This document shows, piece by piece, positions 9,673-19,602 of a stretch of DNA of 64,000 nt. This stretch comes from Candidatus Bathyarchaeota archaeon. GTDB lineage: Archaea; Thermoproteota; Bathyarchaeia; 40CM-2-53-6; RBG-13-38-9. The DNA lies in NCBI GenBank assembly GCA_018396915.1, contig JAGTRD010000003.1, forward strand, positions 173 through 64,172, in the 5' to 3' direction. Under the pieces are notes generated by a model. It was not told the DNA's origin and made no database searches. It saw only the letters and a list, made by a program, of their open reading frames with translations. A program made the translations under genes and the position numbers. How positions within the stretch are numbered: position 1 is the first letter of the stretch; the number at the start of each line of letters is the position of its first letter.

Positions 9673-10989
9673 TTATGGTTGTGCTGGTGTTTTCAAGGTT
9701 GGTGGGGGCGGTATGATTCCCTCCTTCATCAACAGATGTAATGTTTTGCGGTATCTTGATATTCTCAGTTGCGCCATCTCCATTAGATCCTCATATGTAT
9801 GCTTGACCCTTGCCACACCAGATTCGATGGCTGCTCTTCCAACGGCGGCTGCAACTCTGGGGTATAGGTCCGTATCCATCATCGTCGGTAGTATATGTTT
9901 CTCGCTGAGTCCTTGCTCCTCAGCATATCTTCCTATCTCATAGGCTGCAGCCAGCATGATTGATGTGTTTACTCCTCTGGCTCTGACATCTAGTAGGCCT
10001 CGGAACACGGCTGGGAAACATATTGAATTGTTTATCTGGTTTGGATAATCTGCCCTGCCTGTCGCCACTATCTTGGCGCCTGCCTCCAATGCTTCTTCAG
10101 GTGGAATCTCAGGTGTCGGGTTGGCTAGCGCGAATATTATTGGTTTATCAGCCATTGTTGAGATCATGTCGCGGGTCAAGACTCCAGGGCCTGGCTTTGA
10201 GAGAGCTATGGCTACATCTGCTCCTTTCAAGGCGTCTCTCAAGCTGCCCTTCATCATTCTTCTATTTGTCTTCGCAGCCATCTCAACCTTATACTTATCC
10301 ATGTCAGGCCTATCTTGATAGAGTATGCCTTTACTGTCTACTATGATCATGTCTTCAGCATTCGCCCCCGCTTCTATCAGGAGTTTGGCTGAGGCCAGGG
10401 CAGCTGTTCCGGCGCCAACCATCACTATATGTAGTTCCTTAAGCTTCTTTCCAGCAAGTTTCAGAGCATTCTTTAAGGCTGCTAGGACGACTATCGCTGT
10501 TCCATGCTGGTCGTCATGGAATACTGGGATGTCAAGTTCCTTCGATAGTCTATCATATATGTCGAAGCATTTTGGTGCATCTATATCTTCGAGGTTGACT
10601 CCTCCGAAAGACTGTGAGATCCATTTCACAGCTTGAACTATCTCGTCTGGGTCTTGGGTTGAGATGAATATTGGGAAGGCGTCGACGTCGCCTAAATATT
10701 TGAAGAGGAGGGCTTTCGCCTCTATCACAGGCATTCCCGCTCTCCCGATGTTTCCTAAGCCTAGAACCCTTGAGCCGTCGGTGATTACGGCTACAAAATT
10801 TCCTACGTTAGTATATTCGTATATCTTCTCTTTATCCTCATCTATCTCTATGCATGGTTGGGCAACCCCTGGGGCGTAGAGTATTGCTAGGTCCTCATAG
10901 GAGGTTATCGGGGTCTTTATGGTGACTCCTATTTTTCCCTTGTAGAATCTGTGCCACTCGACTGCCATTTTACCATATGGTTCAATCAT
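9673..10989 (-). CDS. NAD(P)-dependent malic enzyme
   Basis: DGSRVLGLG, NLEDI, FHDDQHGTA, FALANPTPE, TGRADYPNQINN. Confidence 0.9.
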   Translation of the reverse strand: MIEPYGKMAVEWHRFYKGKIGVTIKTPITSYEDLAILYAPGVAQPCIEIDEDKEKIYEYTNVGNFVAVITDGSRVLGLGNIGRAGMPVIEAKALLFKYLGDVDAFPIFISTQDPDEIVQAVKWISQSFGGVNLEDIDAPKCFDIYDRLSKELDIPVFHDDQHGTAIVVLAALKNALKLAGKKLKELHIVMVGAGTAALASAKLLIEAGANAEDMIIVDSKGILYQDRPDMDKYKVEMAAKTNRRMMKGSLRDALKGADVAIALSKPGPGVLTRDMISTMADKPIIFALANPTPEIPPEEALEAGAKIVATGRADYPNQINNSICFPAVFRGLLDVRARGVNTSIMLAAAYEIGRYAEEQGLSEKHILPTMMDTDLYPRVAAAVGRAAIESGVARVKHTYEDLMEMAQLRISRYRKTLHLLMKEGIIPPPPTLKTPAQP

Positions 10990-11215
10990 TATAGTCTACC
11001 CTAACTTTTTGGTTACTATGAACCATATGTAAAACAATATTGTCCTCCTATTAACTATTTGGCTTATTCATCGAATACCCCCCAAAAAGGCAGAACGTAG
11101 AAACATAAAATTCTCTGGAAAACCTGCCTGCCATGCAACGGTCCGATCTAAAACAGTATGCGTCTCGGTAAACTTATCTTGAACTGGCAACAATCACAGA
11201 GCAAACGGTAAGAGG

Positions 11216-12370
11216 ATGATTATGGAAAAAGTTGGAATAGTATCCTTCGGCCATACAAAATACGGAACCCTCAAAGATGATACCTCAAGTCTTATAGGTA
11301 GTGTGGTTGAGGAGTGCCTGAACAGAGTCGAGAAGGGAATCGAGCCGAAGGAAATAGGTCTCGTAATAACCAGTTGCGCCGACGACCAATTCTCAAATCA
11401 ACACCAGACAGGAGCCCTGGCGTTGAGATACTTGAAGAATCTGGACGCAGAAGCCTTCAGGGTTGAAGCGGCCTGCTCAAGCGGGAGCCTTGCAGTATAT
11501 TTGGCTAGAAAGATGTTGAACGCAGGCTACTTCGACAACATTTTGGTAGTAGGATTTGAGAAGATGAGTAGACTCTCAACAGAGGTCGCTACCTCAGTCT
11601 TGATAAGGGGAGGGTCACCTGAGGAGAATAGGATTGGGGTAACCCAGCCTGCCGCCTACGCCATGATGGCCCAGCTATATATGGAAAAGTATGGTGCGAC
11701 TGAGGACGACTACGCAAAAGTCTCAGTCAAAAACCATAATAATGCATTGAGAAATCCATGGGCCCAATTCCATAAGAAGATCAGTGTTGAAGACGTTAAG
11801 AGTTCGAGGTTGATAGCCTCACCGATAAGGCTCTTCCACTGCAGCCCAATAAGTGACGGCGCCGCCGCCCTACTCTTAAGCAGAAGGCCTAGAGACTACA
11901 CGGATACACCTGTATATATTAAGGGTATGGCGTTGGCCAACGATACTCTAGGAGTCTTCGAGCGGGATGACCCAACATCTGTGGCGGCGACTAGGAAGGC
12001 GGCAGCCAAAGCCTTCAAGGAAGCCAATATGGAAGTCAAAGACATAGACTTCGCTGAGGTCCACGACGCATTCACCCCAGTAGAACTTATGATCTATGAG
12101 GACTTGGGATTCGCAAGGAAGGGTGAAGGTTACAGGCTGATAAGGGACGGGACCGTCGAGTTTGACGGTGCATTGCCTGTCAATGTGAGTGGAGGATTGA
12201 AAGGGAAAGGCCATCCGATAGGGGCTACTGGTGTTGGGATGATGGTTGAGATCTTCCTGCAACTTCGGGGTGAGGCTGACCAGAGGCAACTTCCAGATGT
12301 TGAGATTGGTCTGGCTGAGAATCATGGAGGGACGGGGGCAACATCCGTAGTGACCATTCTGGGGAGATGA
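11216..12370 (+). CDS. Thiolase (archaeal acetyl-CoA acyltransferase family)
   Basis: EAACSSG catalytic Cys, EVHDAF, GHPIGATG, NHGG. Confidence 0.92.
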   Translation: MIMEKVGIVSFGHTKYGTLKDDTSSLIGSVVEECLNRVEKGIEPKEIGLVITSCADDQFSNQHQTGALALRYLKNLDAEAFRVEAACSSGSLAVYLARKMLNAGYFDNILVVGFEKMSRLSTEVATSVLIRGGSPEENRIGVTQPAAYAMMAQLYMEKYGATEDDYAKVSVKNHNNALRNPWAQFHKKISVEDVKSSRLIASPIRLFHCSPISDGAAALLLSRRPRDYTDTPVYIKGMALANDTLGVFERDDPTSVAATRKAAAKAFKEANMEVKDIDFAEVHDAFTPVELMIYEDLGFARKGEGYRLIRDGTVEFDGALPVNVSGGLKGKGHPIGATGVGMMVEIFLQLRGEADQRQLPDVEIGLAENHGGTGATSVVTILGR

Positions 12371-12373
12371 TGA

Positions 12374-13327
12374 ATGGCTAAGCTACTTGCATACTCTCTA
12401 GTATCGATCGTCCCCCCACCATTCAAGACTGAGTATATCGTTGGGATCGCTGAGGATGACGGTGTTAGGACGCCTGTCAGAATCGATCGTTTACATCTTA
12501 AGAACTTGAAGATCGGGATGTCAGGGACGGTAACAACAAGAGAGACCGATCAAGGTGAGATCAAATACTTCACCCCCGAAGGGGTTAAGGTAGAGAGTGG
12601 GAAGGTTGCCTTGGTGACAGGGGCTGCTAGAGGGATAGGTAGGGCTATAGCAATTGAACTTGCTGGGAGAGGCTACGACATAGTTTTGAATGATGTTGAA
12701 ACCTCAACTGATGGTGATGGGGCTATCAAGGAGATACAGTCTCTGGGTAGGAGGGCCTTATTCGCAGTTGGCGACGTATCAAGTTACAGCGATGTTCAGA
12801 AGATGGTCGACATGATTGTTAAGAAGTTTGGGAGGATAGATGTGCTGGTGAATAATGCTGGAATAAACATAGACAGGTTGGTGACCAACATGTCACCCCA
12901 GGAATGGCAGAAGGTTATAGATGTGAATCTGACAGGTGTCTTCAACTGTACGAAAGCAGTTCTCCCACATATGATCTCGGCTGGAGGTGGCAGGATCATC
13001 AACATAAGCTCCCAAGGAGCCTTAGATGGGCCTGTAGGTCAAGCCAACTACGCAGCTGCGAAGGGTGGCGTCATATCCTTCACAAAGGTCATTGCCAGAG
13101 AATACGCTCAGTACAACATACTCTGTAATGCAGTCGCACCTGGATGCATCCGAACAAGAATGACTGACTCAATTCCTCCAGGCCAACTACGTGAGAGGGT
13201 ATCTAAGATACCTCTCGGCAGGAGAGGTGAGCCTGGTGAGGTTGCAAAACTAGTTGCATTCTTGGCAGAGGATGGAACATACATAACCGGGCAACTGATC
13301 CTGATAAATGCGGGGGAATACATCTAG
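12374..13327 (+). CDS. DUF35-like OB-fold domain fused to 3-oxoacyl (FabG-like) SDR reductase
   Basis: N-terminal ~70 aa resemble the DUF35 C-terminal OB fold (YIVGIAE..GVR...LKIGM...YFTP), followed by TGAARGIG, NNAG, YAAAK. Confidence 0.8.
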   Translation: MAKLLAYSLVSIVPPPFKTEYIVGIAEDDGVRTPVRIDRLHLKNLKIGMSGTVTTRETDQGEIKYFTPEGVKVESGKVALVTGAARGIGRAIAIELAGRGYDIVLNDVETSTDGDGAIKEIQSLGRRALFAVGDVSSYSDVQKMVDMIVKKFGRIDVLVNNAGINIDRLVTNMSPQEWQKVIDVNLTGVFNCTKAVLPHMISAGGGRIINISSQGALDGPVGQANYAAAKGGVISFTKVIAREYAQYNILCNAVAPGCIRTRMTDSIPPGQLRERVSKIPLGRRGEPGEVAKLVAFLAEDGTYITGQLILINAGEYI

Positions 13328-13599
13328 AGGTCAATCATGAATTTCATGGAACCGCTCATCCTTAAGCCGCATAATAACAACAACATAATATCCAGAGAAC
13401 AGCGAAACCAGGCAATCCAGAGGGCCTTAAAATTATGCGCAGGTAAACCTTCCTGAACCTTACCTTCAAAATACGCCCTCGAACATCATCTTAACAGAAA
13501 TTCGACATAACCGTAATCGTCAATATGTTGATTTCGCATAAAGTGTTGGAGGTCCTGCTCCTGCAAGCCTCCACCAACATCCAAGACCATCTAAAAGAT

Positions 13600-14079
13600 T
13601 CATCTTGAGGTGTGGCATAGCACCCCACCTATCAGAACCATGATTCCTGGAAGCCAATTCATAGTAACCATCATTATTATACCGGCTACGATGGCTACTG
13701 TGCCGCCTGTCTTCAAGCCTCCACGCCTGACTTTACTGTATGAGTATATTGCGACAACTCCCAGAACGAGTGAGATTAAGGCTCCAACCATCATGAATCC
13801 AATGATCCATCCTCCAATTGCAGTGGGCATCATCCATCTATCCCACATCATATGGCTCCCCATCAACCTTGAGAAGCCTCCTATCCACAGTTGCATCAGG
13901 AGCAGAGGTATGATGGCGAAGACTATTGCCAATATTCCGCCAGCCAGTATCAATACACCTCCTACACCCGAATAGTCGTGGCCCTCAGATTTTGGGAAGC
14001 ATCCAACCTTCAAGCCGCATCTAGGACATTGCAGAGCTCCATCAGGAATCTCAGCCCCGCACTTCATACAGTAGACCAA
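13600..14079 (-). CDS. Zinc-ribbon membrane protein
   Basis: CxxCG...CxxCG at N terminus (TTG 14079 follows an AGGTG RBS), then about 4 hydrophobic helices. Confidence 0.75.
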   Translation of the reverse strand: MVYCMKCGAEIPDGALQCPRCGLKVGCFPKSEGHDYSGVGGVLILAGGILAIVFAIIPLLLMQLWIGGFSRLMGSHMMWDRWMMPTAIGGWIIGFMMVGALISLVLGVVAIYSYSKVRRGGLKTGGTVAIVAGIIMMVTMNWLPGIMVLIGGVLCHTSR

Positions 14080-14324
14080 TCTAAGGCACCTGAACAAAGT
14101 AAGATAACGAGAGGCACTATTATTTCTTTCCATTATTTCCCTAAATTATGAGATTAATCTAGATCAATTTTGCAGATTTACGTCATTATTTTTCATATCG
14201 GAAACATTTTTCAAGCCGATGCTGCTATATTTCTAGACTGCCTCAACTCAGGGGGTCTCTATTCGGCTTCACATGTGGGGAGAGGTAAAGCTTTATGAAA
14301 TGTTTGCGTATAAAGTAGTTTAGG

Positions 14325-14612
14325 GTGTGGGGAATGGTTACTGTTGAGCCTATAATAGATTCATTGGCAGCTGCATGTTTTCTCTTTGGAGCTATATTCT
14401 ACTTGATGGTGGCTTATGGTGAGAGGCGGGGTGGAATGGCTTGGAGACTATTTGGGTTTACAGGCGCAGTCTGGTTTACTGTAATGTATTTGAAGTTGAT
14501 CAGTAACATGGCAGGTTGGCCTTGGGCTTATGGTACGGTCAGGGCTACGATCTCTTTGAGTCTCATCATCTATCTGCTGGGCCTGGTGGCTCTTGCAAAG
14601 ATGCTAAGGTAG
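14325..14612 (+). CDS. Small 3-TM membrane protein
   Basis: Three hydrophobic segments; fills gap between genes. Confidence 0.55.
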   Translation: MWGMVTVEPIIDSLAAACFLFGAIFYLMVAYGERRGGMAWRLFGFTGAVWFTVMYLKLISNMAGWPWAYGTVRATISLSLIIYLLGLVALAKMLR

Positions 14613-14621
14613 ACGCCTATC

Positions 14622-15563
14622 CTATCTCTGCTCTAGGTATCTTTGAAAGTCCTTTATCATCTCGTCCAGATCATATGTTGTTCTCCAATCCCACTCATTC
14701 CTTGCTGGGCTGTCGTCTATGTAGCTGAAGCCTTTCCCCATCATCTTCACAACTTCAGGATCAGGTTTGAATGTTATCTTTGCTGAAGGAATATGTTTCC
14801 TAACTGTCTCAGCGAACTCTCCGGCTGTGAGGGTTATTCCTGCTAAGGTGTAGACCCTAGTCTTTATTCTCTGGCTTGGAGCGTCATGTAACATTAGGAG
14901 GGCTTTCGCCGCATCCTTGTAATATATGCATGGAACCATTGTATCCTCCTCAACCCATACTTCGAAAGGCTTATTCTGGATTGAGTATTCGATCATCCAA
15001 GCCAGGTACTGGGTCATATGCTTGGTCTTTGCTCCTGGGCCTATGACTGTGGGATATCTGACTGCCCTAAAGTCGAGGTTGAACTTCTTATGATAGAATC
15101 TTCCGAGTAGCTCACAGAAGAGTTTGGTGACTCCATACATGTTCTCAGGCCTCTGAACCGTGGTCTCATCTATCCTCAGAGGGGTCTCAGCCTCTCTAGC
15201 ATATGTTGCTATGGTGCTGGTGAAAATAATCCTATCAACATCGAAGAGTCTAGCGGCCTCCAATACATGCATCGTTCCATTGGCGTTGACCCTGTACGCA
15301 GCCCAAGGGTTTGCGTCTGAAGGGAGGCTGAGCATCCCCCCAAGATGATATATGCTCTTAACTTTGAATTCTTTGACTGTGTTGAAGACTTCAGACCAAT
15401 TCGCCAAATCACCCCTAACAATCTTCACCTTACCGGTAATAGGCTTGACAGATGTCATGTCTGGAGCCACATCAAATAGGACAGGTTCATCTCCCCTCTC
15501 GACAAGCATCCTTGCAAGTTCGGAGCCTATCAGGCCTGTCCCACCGGTTATCAGGATCGACAT
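14622..15563 (-). CDS. NAD-dependent epimerase/dehydratase family, L-threonine 3-dehydrogenase-like
   Basis: GGTGLIG, TSTIA, YGVTK, LDFRAVRYP. Confidence 0.85.
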   Translation of the reverse strand: MSILITGGTGLIGSELARMLVERGDEPVLFDVAPDMTSVKPITGKVKIVRGDLANWSEVFNTVKEFKVKSIYHLGGMLSLPSDANPWAAYRVNANGTMHVLEAARLFDVDRIIFTSTIATYAREAETPLRIDETTVQRPENMYGVTKLFCELLGRFYHKKFNLDFRAVRYPTVIGPGAKTKHMTQYLAWMIEYSIQNKPFEVWVEEDTMVPCIYYKDAAKALLMLHDAPSQRIKTRVYTLAGITLTAGEFAETVRKHIPSAKITFKPDPEVVKMMGKGFSYIDDSPARNEWDWRTTYDLDEMIKDFQRYLEQR

Positions 15564-15610
15564 GCAACCAGCCCTCTCATTCTTTTATGAAAAAACTGTT
15601 GAGTGAAGGT

Positions 15611-16267
15611 TTACTTGAGACTATTTAAGAAATCATCTTTGGTCATGACTCTGCCTATCTTCGGAAATATGTATCTCTCAGGGTATGTCTGTTCCTCATC
15701 GGTATCGGTGGCTGTGCAGTCCTTGATCACTATCACCCTGTAACCTTTATCATAGGCAGACCTGGCTGTCGATTCGACGCACCAGTTCGTGTGGAACCCA
15801 GCTATCGCAACCCACTCTATCATATTCGCCCTCAAAATATAGTCTAGGGCTGTTGAATGGAAGGCGTCTAGGGTCTTCTTACCCTCTATCACTATGTCAC
15901 CAGGCTGAGGCTTCAACTCATCTATTATCTCAGGTCCTGGGGTGCCTTTAACCCAGGCTCCTCTTCCACCCCAAGCAGGCATCTCCATCTCTATACCCCT
16001 CAAACCCTCAACGGCAGGTCCTCCGGGCTTCAACTCTGGAAAGCCAGGCTCGAACCGGTGGAATGGAACGTAGATTATCTTAACCCTACCCCTTGCCCTG
16101 TTGACTAGGTCTACCAAATTTTCTATAACATTCCTCTTCTTCAACTGGTCCTTGATAAACTCGTACATGGCTCCTCCAGGCTTGAGGAAGTCATTCTGAG
16201 GTTCGATGAGAACTAGGGCGGTCTTATCGGCTGGGATATTTAAAGCCAACAAACTCACCCGAAACAT
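15611..16267 (-). CDS. Isochorismatase-family cysteine hydrolase
   Basis: LIEPQNDF, GKKTLDAF, TNWCVESTAR. Confidence 0.88.
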   Translation of the reverse strand: MFRVSLLALNIPADKTALVLIEPQNDFLKPGGAMYEFIKDQLKKRNVIENLVDLVNRARGRVKIIYVPFHRFEPGFPELKPGGPAVEGLRGIEMEMPAWGGRGAWVKGTPGPEIIDELKPQPGDIVIEGKKTLDAFHSTALDYILRANMIEWVAIAGFHTNWCVESTARSAYDKGYRVIVIKDCTATDTDEEQTYPERYIFPKIGRVMTKDDFLNSLK

Positions 16268-16396
16268 ATTTTGACGAAGCAGTCTTTAAGATTTATCGTT
16301 CATCAGACATATACTGATATGTCAAGAGGATTTGAAGATCGGAAATTATTTAGGTCTCGAGATCCCGTGTTATATCTTTGTCTGGTTGGTGGTCGA

Positions 16397-16843
16397 ATGC
16401 CTAAGGGAATGATTCTTGAACATGTAAGTATGATTGTGAGAAACCGTGATGAATCTGTTGACTTCTACACCAAAGTGATGGGATTCAAGGTCCTCAGAAA
16501 ATATGAGACGGAGACGATGAGGGTTGCATATCTTTACCTTGATGATCAATTGTTGGAGTTGAATGAGATGTGCCCCAAGGACCAGCCGGCAGGACTTGTT
16601 CCTTTAGGATTATCACATCTAGGATTTAGGGTCGACGACATGGATGAGGCCATATCTGAATTCAAGAAATACGGCGTCGAGGTTACAGGTGAACCTATAA
16701 AGTTTGAGCCTAAGATCTACGCTGTGGCAGAGGTTTCTGGAGAGAAGTTGTTGAGGGCCCTCAGACCTACAAAGAAGCCATACTGGAAGATAGCGACACT
16801 AAAAGACCCTAATGGAGTGACTATCGAGCTGCTTGAACGTTAA
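16397..16843 (+). CDS. VOC (glyoxalase/methylmalonyl-CoA epimerase-like) protein
   Basis: EHVSM, LELNE, HLGFRVDD, DPNGVTIELLE; ATG 16397 preferred over TTG 16271. Confidence 0.85.
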   Translation: MPKGMILEHVSMIVRNRDESVDFYTKVMGFKVLRKYETETMRVAYLYLDDQLLELNEMCPKDQPAGLVPLGLSHLGFRVDDMDEAISEFKKYGVEVTGEPIKFEPKIYAVAEVSGEKLLRALRPTKKPYWKIATLKDPNGVTIELLER

Positions 16844-16914
16844 GGCAACCAGCACTATCGTAAAAAGTAATTTAACATGAAAGATTACGGCATAGACAGT
16901 TATGTGGGTTTAGG

Positions 16915-17853
16915 ATGGGTCTTGGAACTGTTGCATGTGTAGGGGCTGGGTTGATAGGGCACAGTTGGGCCACGCTCTTCTCGTGGAAGGGATACAAGGT
17001 TAAACTATACGATTTGGATGGGAAAATCCTAGACTCAGCTGTTAAGAGAATAAAAAGTAATCTTGAATTCATGGCTGAGAGGGGGCTCATAAAACCTGAA
17101 TTATGTAGAGAATCCTTGGGGAGAATCAAGGTTGCTCGAGATCTTGAGGAGGCTATAGATGGGGCTGAGTATATACAAGAGTCTGTCTATGAAAGTTATA
17201 ATGTTAAGAAGAAAGTTTTTAAGGAGATGGATAAGGCTGCGCCTGCCGATGCGATTCTAGCCAGCAGCACCTCAACCTTGAGGATGACTATCATACAGAA
17301 GGCGACTGAGAGGCCTGGCAGGTGTATTGTCGCTCATCCGTGGAATCCACCCCACCTCATGCCCCTAGTAGAGATCATACCTGGAAGACAGACTGAACCT
17401 GAAACAGTCGAGGCTACAAGAACCTTGATGTCCAAGCTGGGTAAGGTTACTGTCGTCCAGAGGAGGGAGGTTCCTGGAACTATAGGGAACCGTTTAGCTG
17501 CCGCTTTATGGAGGGAGGCGATAGACCTGGTGTACAGGGGTGTCGCTGACCTCGAGGATGTTGATAGGGCTGTATCGGCAGGTCCAGGTTTGAGGTGGGC
17601 TATATTGGGGCCGCATCTAAGCTACCATCTCGGAGGTGGGAGTGGTGGGATAGAGTATTACCTTAAACATTTGGGTCCAGCAATGGCCTCCAGATGGAGG
17701 ACATTGGCCAAGTGGACGGAGATCCCTCCGAAAGCTGAGAGGAAGATAATTCAGGGCATAAAGGGTATGAAGCTGCTGCGGGAGAGGGGGGTTGAGGAGG
17801 TTGCTAGGTGGAGGGATGAGAAGCTGATAGAACTCCTGAAGATCCTGTATTGA
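16915..17853 (+). CDS. 3-hydroxyacyl-CoA dehydrogenase family (gulonate/carnitine dehydrogenase-like)
   Basis: GAGLIG, ASSTS, HPWNPPHLMPLVE, GPGLRWA. Confidence 0.88.
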   Translation: MGLGTVACVGAGLIGHSWATLFSWKGYKVKLYDLDGKILDSAVKRIKSNLEFMAERGLIKPELCRESLGRIKVARDLEEAIDGAEYIQESVYESYNVKKKVFKEMDKAAPADAILASSTSTLRMTIIQKATERPGRCIVAHPWNPPHLMPLVEIIPGRQTEPETVEATRTLMSKLGKVTVVQRREVPGTIGNRLAAALWREAIDLVYRGVADLEDVDRAVSAGPGLRWAILGPHLSYHLGGGSGGIEYYLKHLGPAMASRWRTLAKWTEIPPKAERKIIQGIKGMKLLRERGVEEVARWRDEKLIELLKILY

Positions 17854-17894
17854 ACTATTAACGGGTTTCTCTGAATTTTCAACATGTAGAATAG

Positions 17895-19073
17895 TCAGTT
17901 GCCTATGCATGTCCTCTCCTCAAGTATTTTGAGAACCTCATCTAGTTCAACCTTAAGTTTCTCTGGGGTCTCTGCGGGAGGTTCATTGATTCTTTCTGGA
18001 GCATCCTCCCCTGTGAGGTTCTTGTAATATTCACGCCAATCTGGTGGTGTTGAATCTTCGATGGGCGACTCAGTCAAGATGCTGAGTACTGTCGTCCAGC
18101 ATCTCGCCACATTCCCAAGGTTGTAGCCTCCTCCACCGAATACGAGGATTCTTCCACCACAATATTGGTGGGCCAGTCTATGGATACTTGTGGCTATGTA
18201 GCTATATGTTCTGGCTGTTATGGATAGGTGGGCTAGAGGGTCGCCGGTATGTGAGTCGGCTCCAGACTGTAAAAGAATTATCTCCGGTCTGTAATGTTCA
18301 ATTGCAGGTGGAACAACCCTCTCAAAGGCATGGATGTACAGTTGGTCACCGGTTCCAGGTGGGAGTGAAATATTTATTTTGAGTCCTTCACCCTCACCGT
18401 CTCCGGTCTCATGGGGAAACCCTGAGCCTGGATAGAGGTACCGTCCATTCTCATGGAAGTCTATGTTCAAGACTGATGGGTCTGAATAGAAACTGTACAT
18501 GACACCGTCCCCATGGTGGGCGTCTACGTCTATGTAGGCGATTCTGGTGCAGCCGTATCTCATCTTCAACATGCATATGCATAGGGCTGGATCGTTGAAT
18601 ATGCAGAATCCGGCGGCCCTATCGGGGTATGCATGGTGGAGGCCCCCGCTCAAGTTGAATGCGTGATGGACACACCCCTCCATTATCGCCTCAGCAGCAA
18701 ATAGGGAGCTGCCTGCGATCCAGCTCGTTGCTTCATAACATCCCTTGAAGGCAGGGGTGTCACCTGAATCTAGAAGGCCGTATCCGAGTCTACTGTACTC
18801 ACTAACCTTCTCAACATATTTCCTCGAGTGGAACAGCAGCAACTCATCTGATGTAGCCATTCTCGGATGCAAAACCTCGAATCTCGACTTCAAACCGTAA
18901 GAGTCCATCATGGCCCAAGATATCTTTAAACGCTCAGGCCTGAGCGGATGTGTGGGTCCAAGATCATATGTTAAAAGTTGTGTGCCAATAACCATTGCTG
19001 TGCTGCCGCTCAAATCAGTAACACCTCCAACATTCAGAGGCCATAGATTACCGATTTTAGGGTGAATATGCAA
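17895..19073 (-). CDS. acuC: AcuC/histone deacetylase family protein
   Basis: HPLRPER, GGLHHA, GFCIFND, DVDAHHGDG, GADSH, GGGGY; true start probably about 25 codons downstream. Confidence 0.9.
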   Translation of the reverse strand: MHIHPKIGNLWPLNVGGVTDLSGSTAMVIGTQLLTYDLGPTHPLRPERLKISWAMMDSYGLKSRFEVLHPRMATSDELLLFHSRKYVEKVSEYSRLGYGLLDSGDTPAFKGCYEATSWIAGSSLFAAEAIMEGCVHHAFNLSGGLHHAYPDRAAGFCIFNDPALCICMLKMRYGCTRIAYIDVDAHHGDGVMYSFYSDPSVLNIDFHENGRYLYPGSGFPHETGDGEGEGLKINISLPPGTGDQLYIHAFERVVPPAIEHYRPEIILLQSGADSHTGDPLAHLSITARTYSYIATSIHRLAHQYCGGRILVFGGGGYNLGNVARCWTTVLSILTESPIEDSTPPDWREYYKNLTGEDAPERINEPPAETPEKLKVELDEVLKILEERTCIGN

Positions 19074-19151
19074 AATCGCCGAGCCAACGTTCAGCTCAAT
19101 TGATACTGGTTGGGCTGCTTCCGAGAGTCTATTCTCGAATCTATATGATGG

Positions 19152-19583
19152 TTACTCGACAGGAATCTTGTGGCCCCTAACTATCTTAGGCAACTCAACA
19201 GATAGAACTCCATTCTTGAATCTGGCTTTAGCCTCCTCTGGATTAACCTTGGCGGGTAACTCAACGATCTTATAGAATGATTTGAACTCGCAGTGCCTCG
19301 GGATTATACCCCAACGTTCAAACCTTATGGTCCTCTCAAGCGGAGCCTCAAGTTTCAAATAGTCCTCCTCAATGGTTAGATGTATATTCTCCTTCCGAAC
19401 GAGGGGTAGATCCATCGTTACAACTATCTTATCCAATGTCTCAGTCACCTCTGTAAGAGGTTCAAGCCTCCCAGTCGAGGAATCCCACATCGGCCTCCCA
19501 TAGAAGATCTCCTCGAAAGCCTCCTCTATCTCCCTCTCAATCTCATCGAAATAGTCGAAGAGCCACCTACCCTTCCTCACCAT
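19152..19583 (-). CDS. Small heat shock protein Hsp20
   Basis: Alpha-crystallin signature AKARFKNGVLSVELPK. Confidence 0.92.
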   Translation of the reverse strand: MVRKGRWLFDYFDEIEREIEEAFEEIFYGRPMWDSSTGRLEPLTEVTETLDKIVVTMDLPLVRKENIHLTIEEDYLKLEAPLERTIRFERWGIIPRHCEFKSFYKIVELPAKVNPEEAKARFKNGVLSVELPKIVRGHKIPVE

Positions 19584-19602
19584 AACCTCTCAACACCCCC
19601 CC

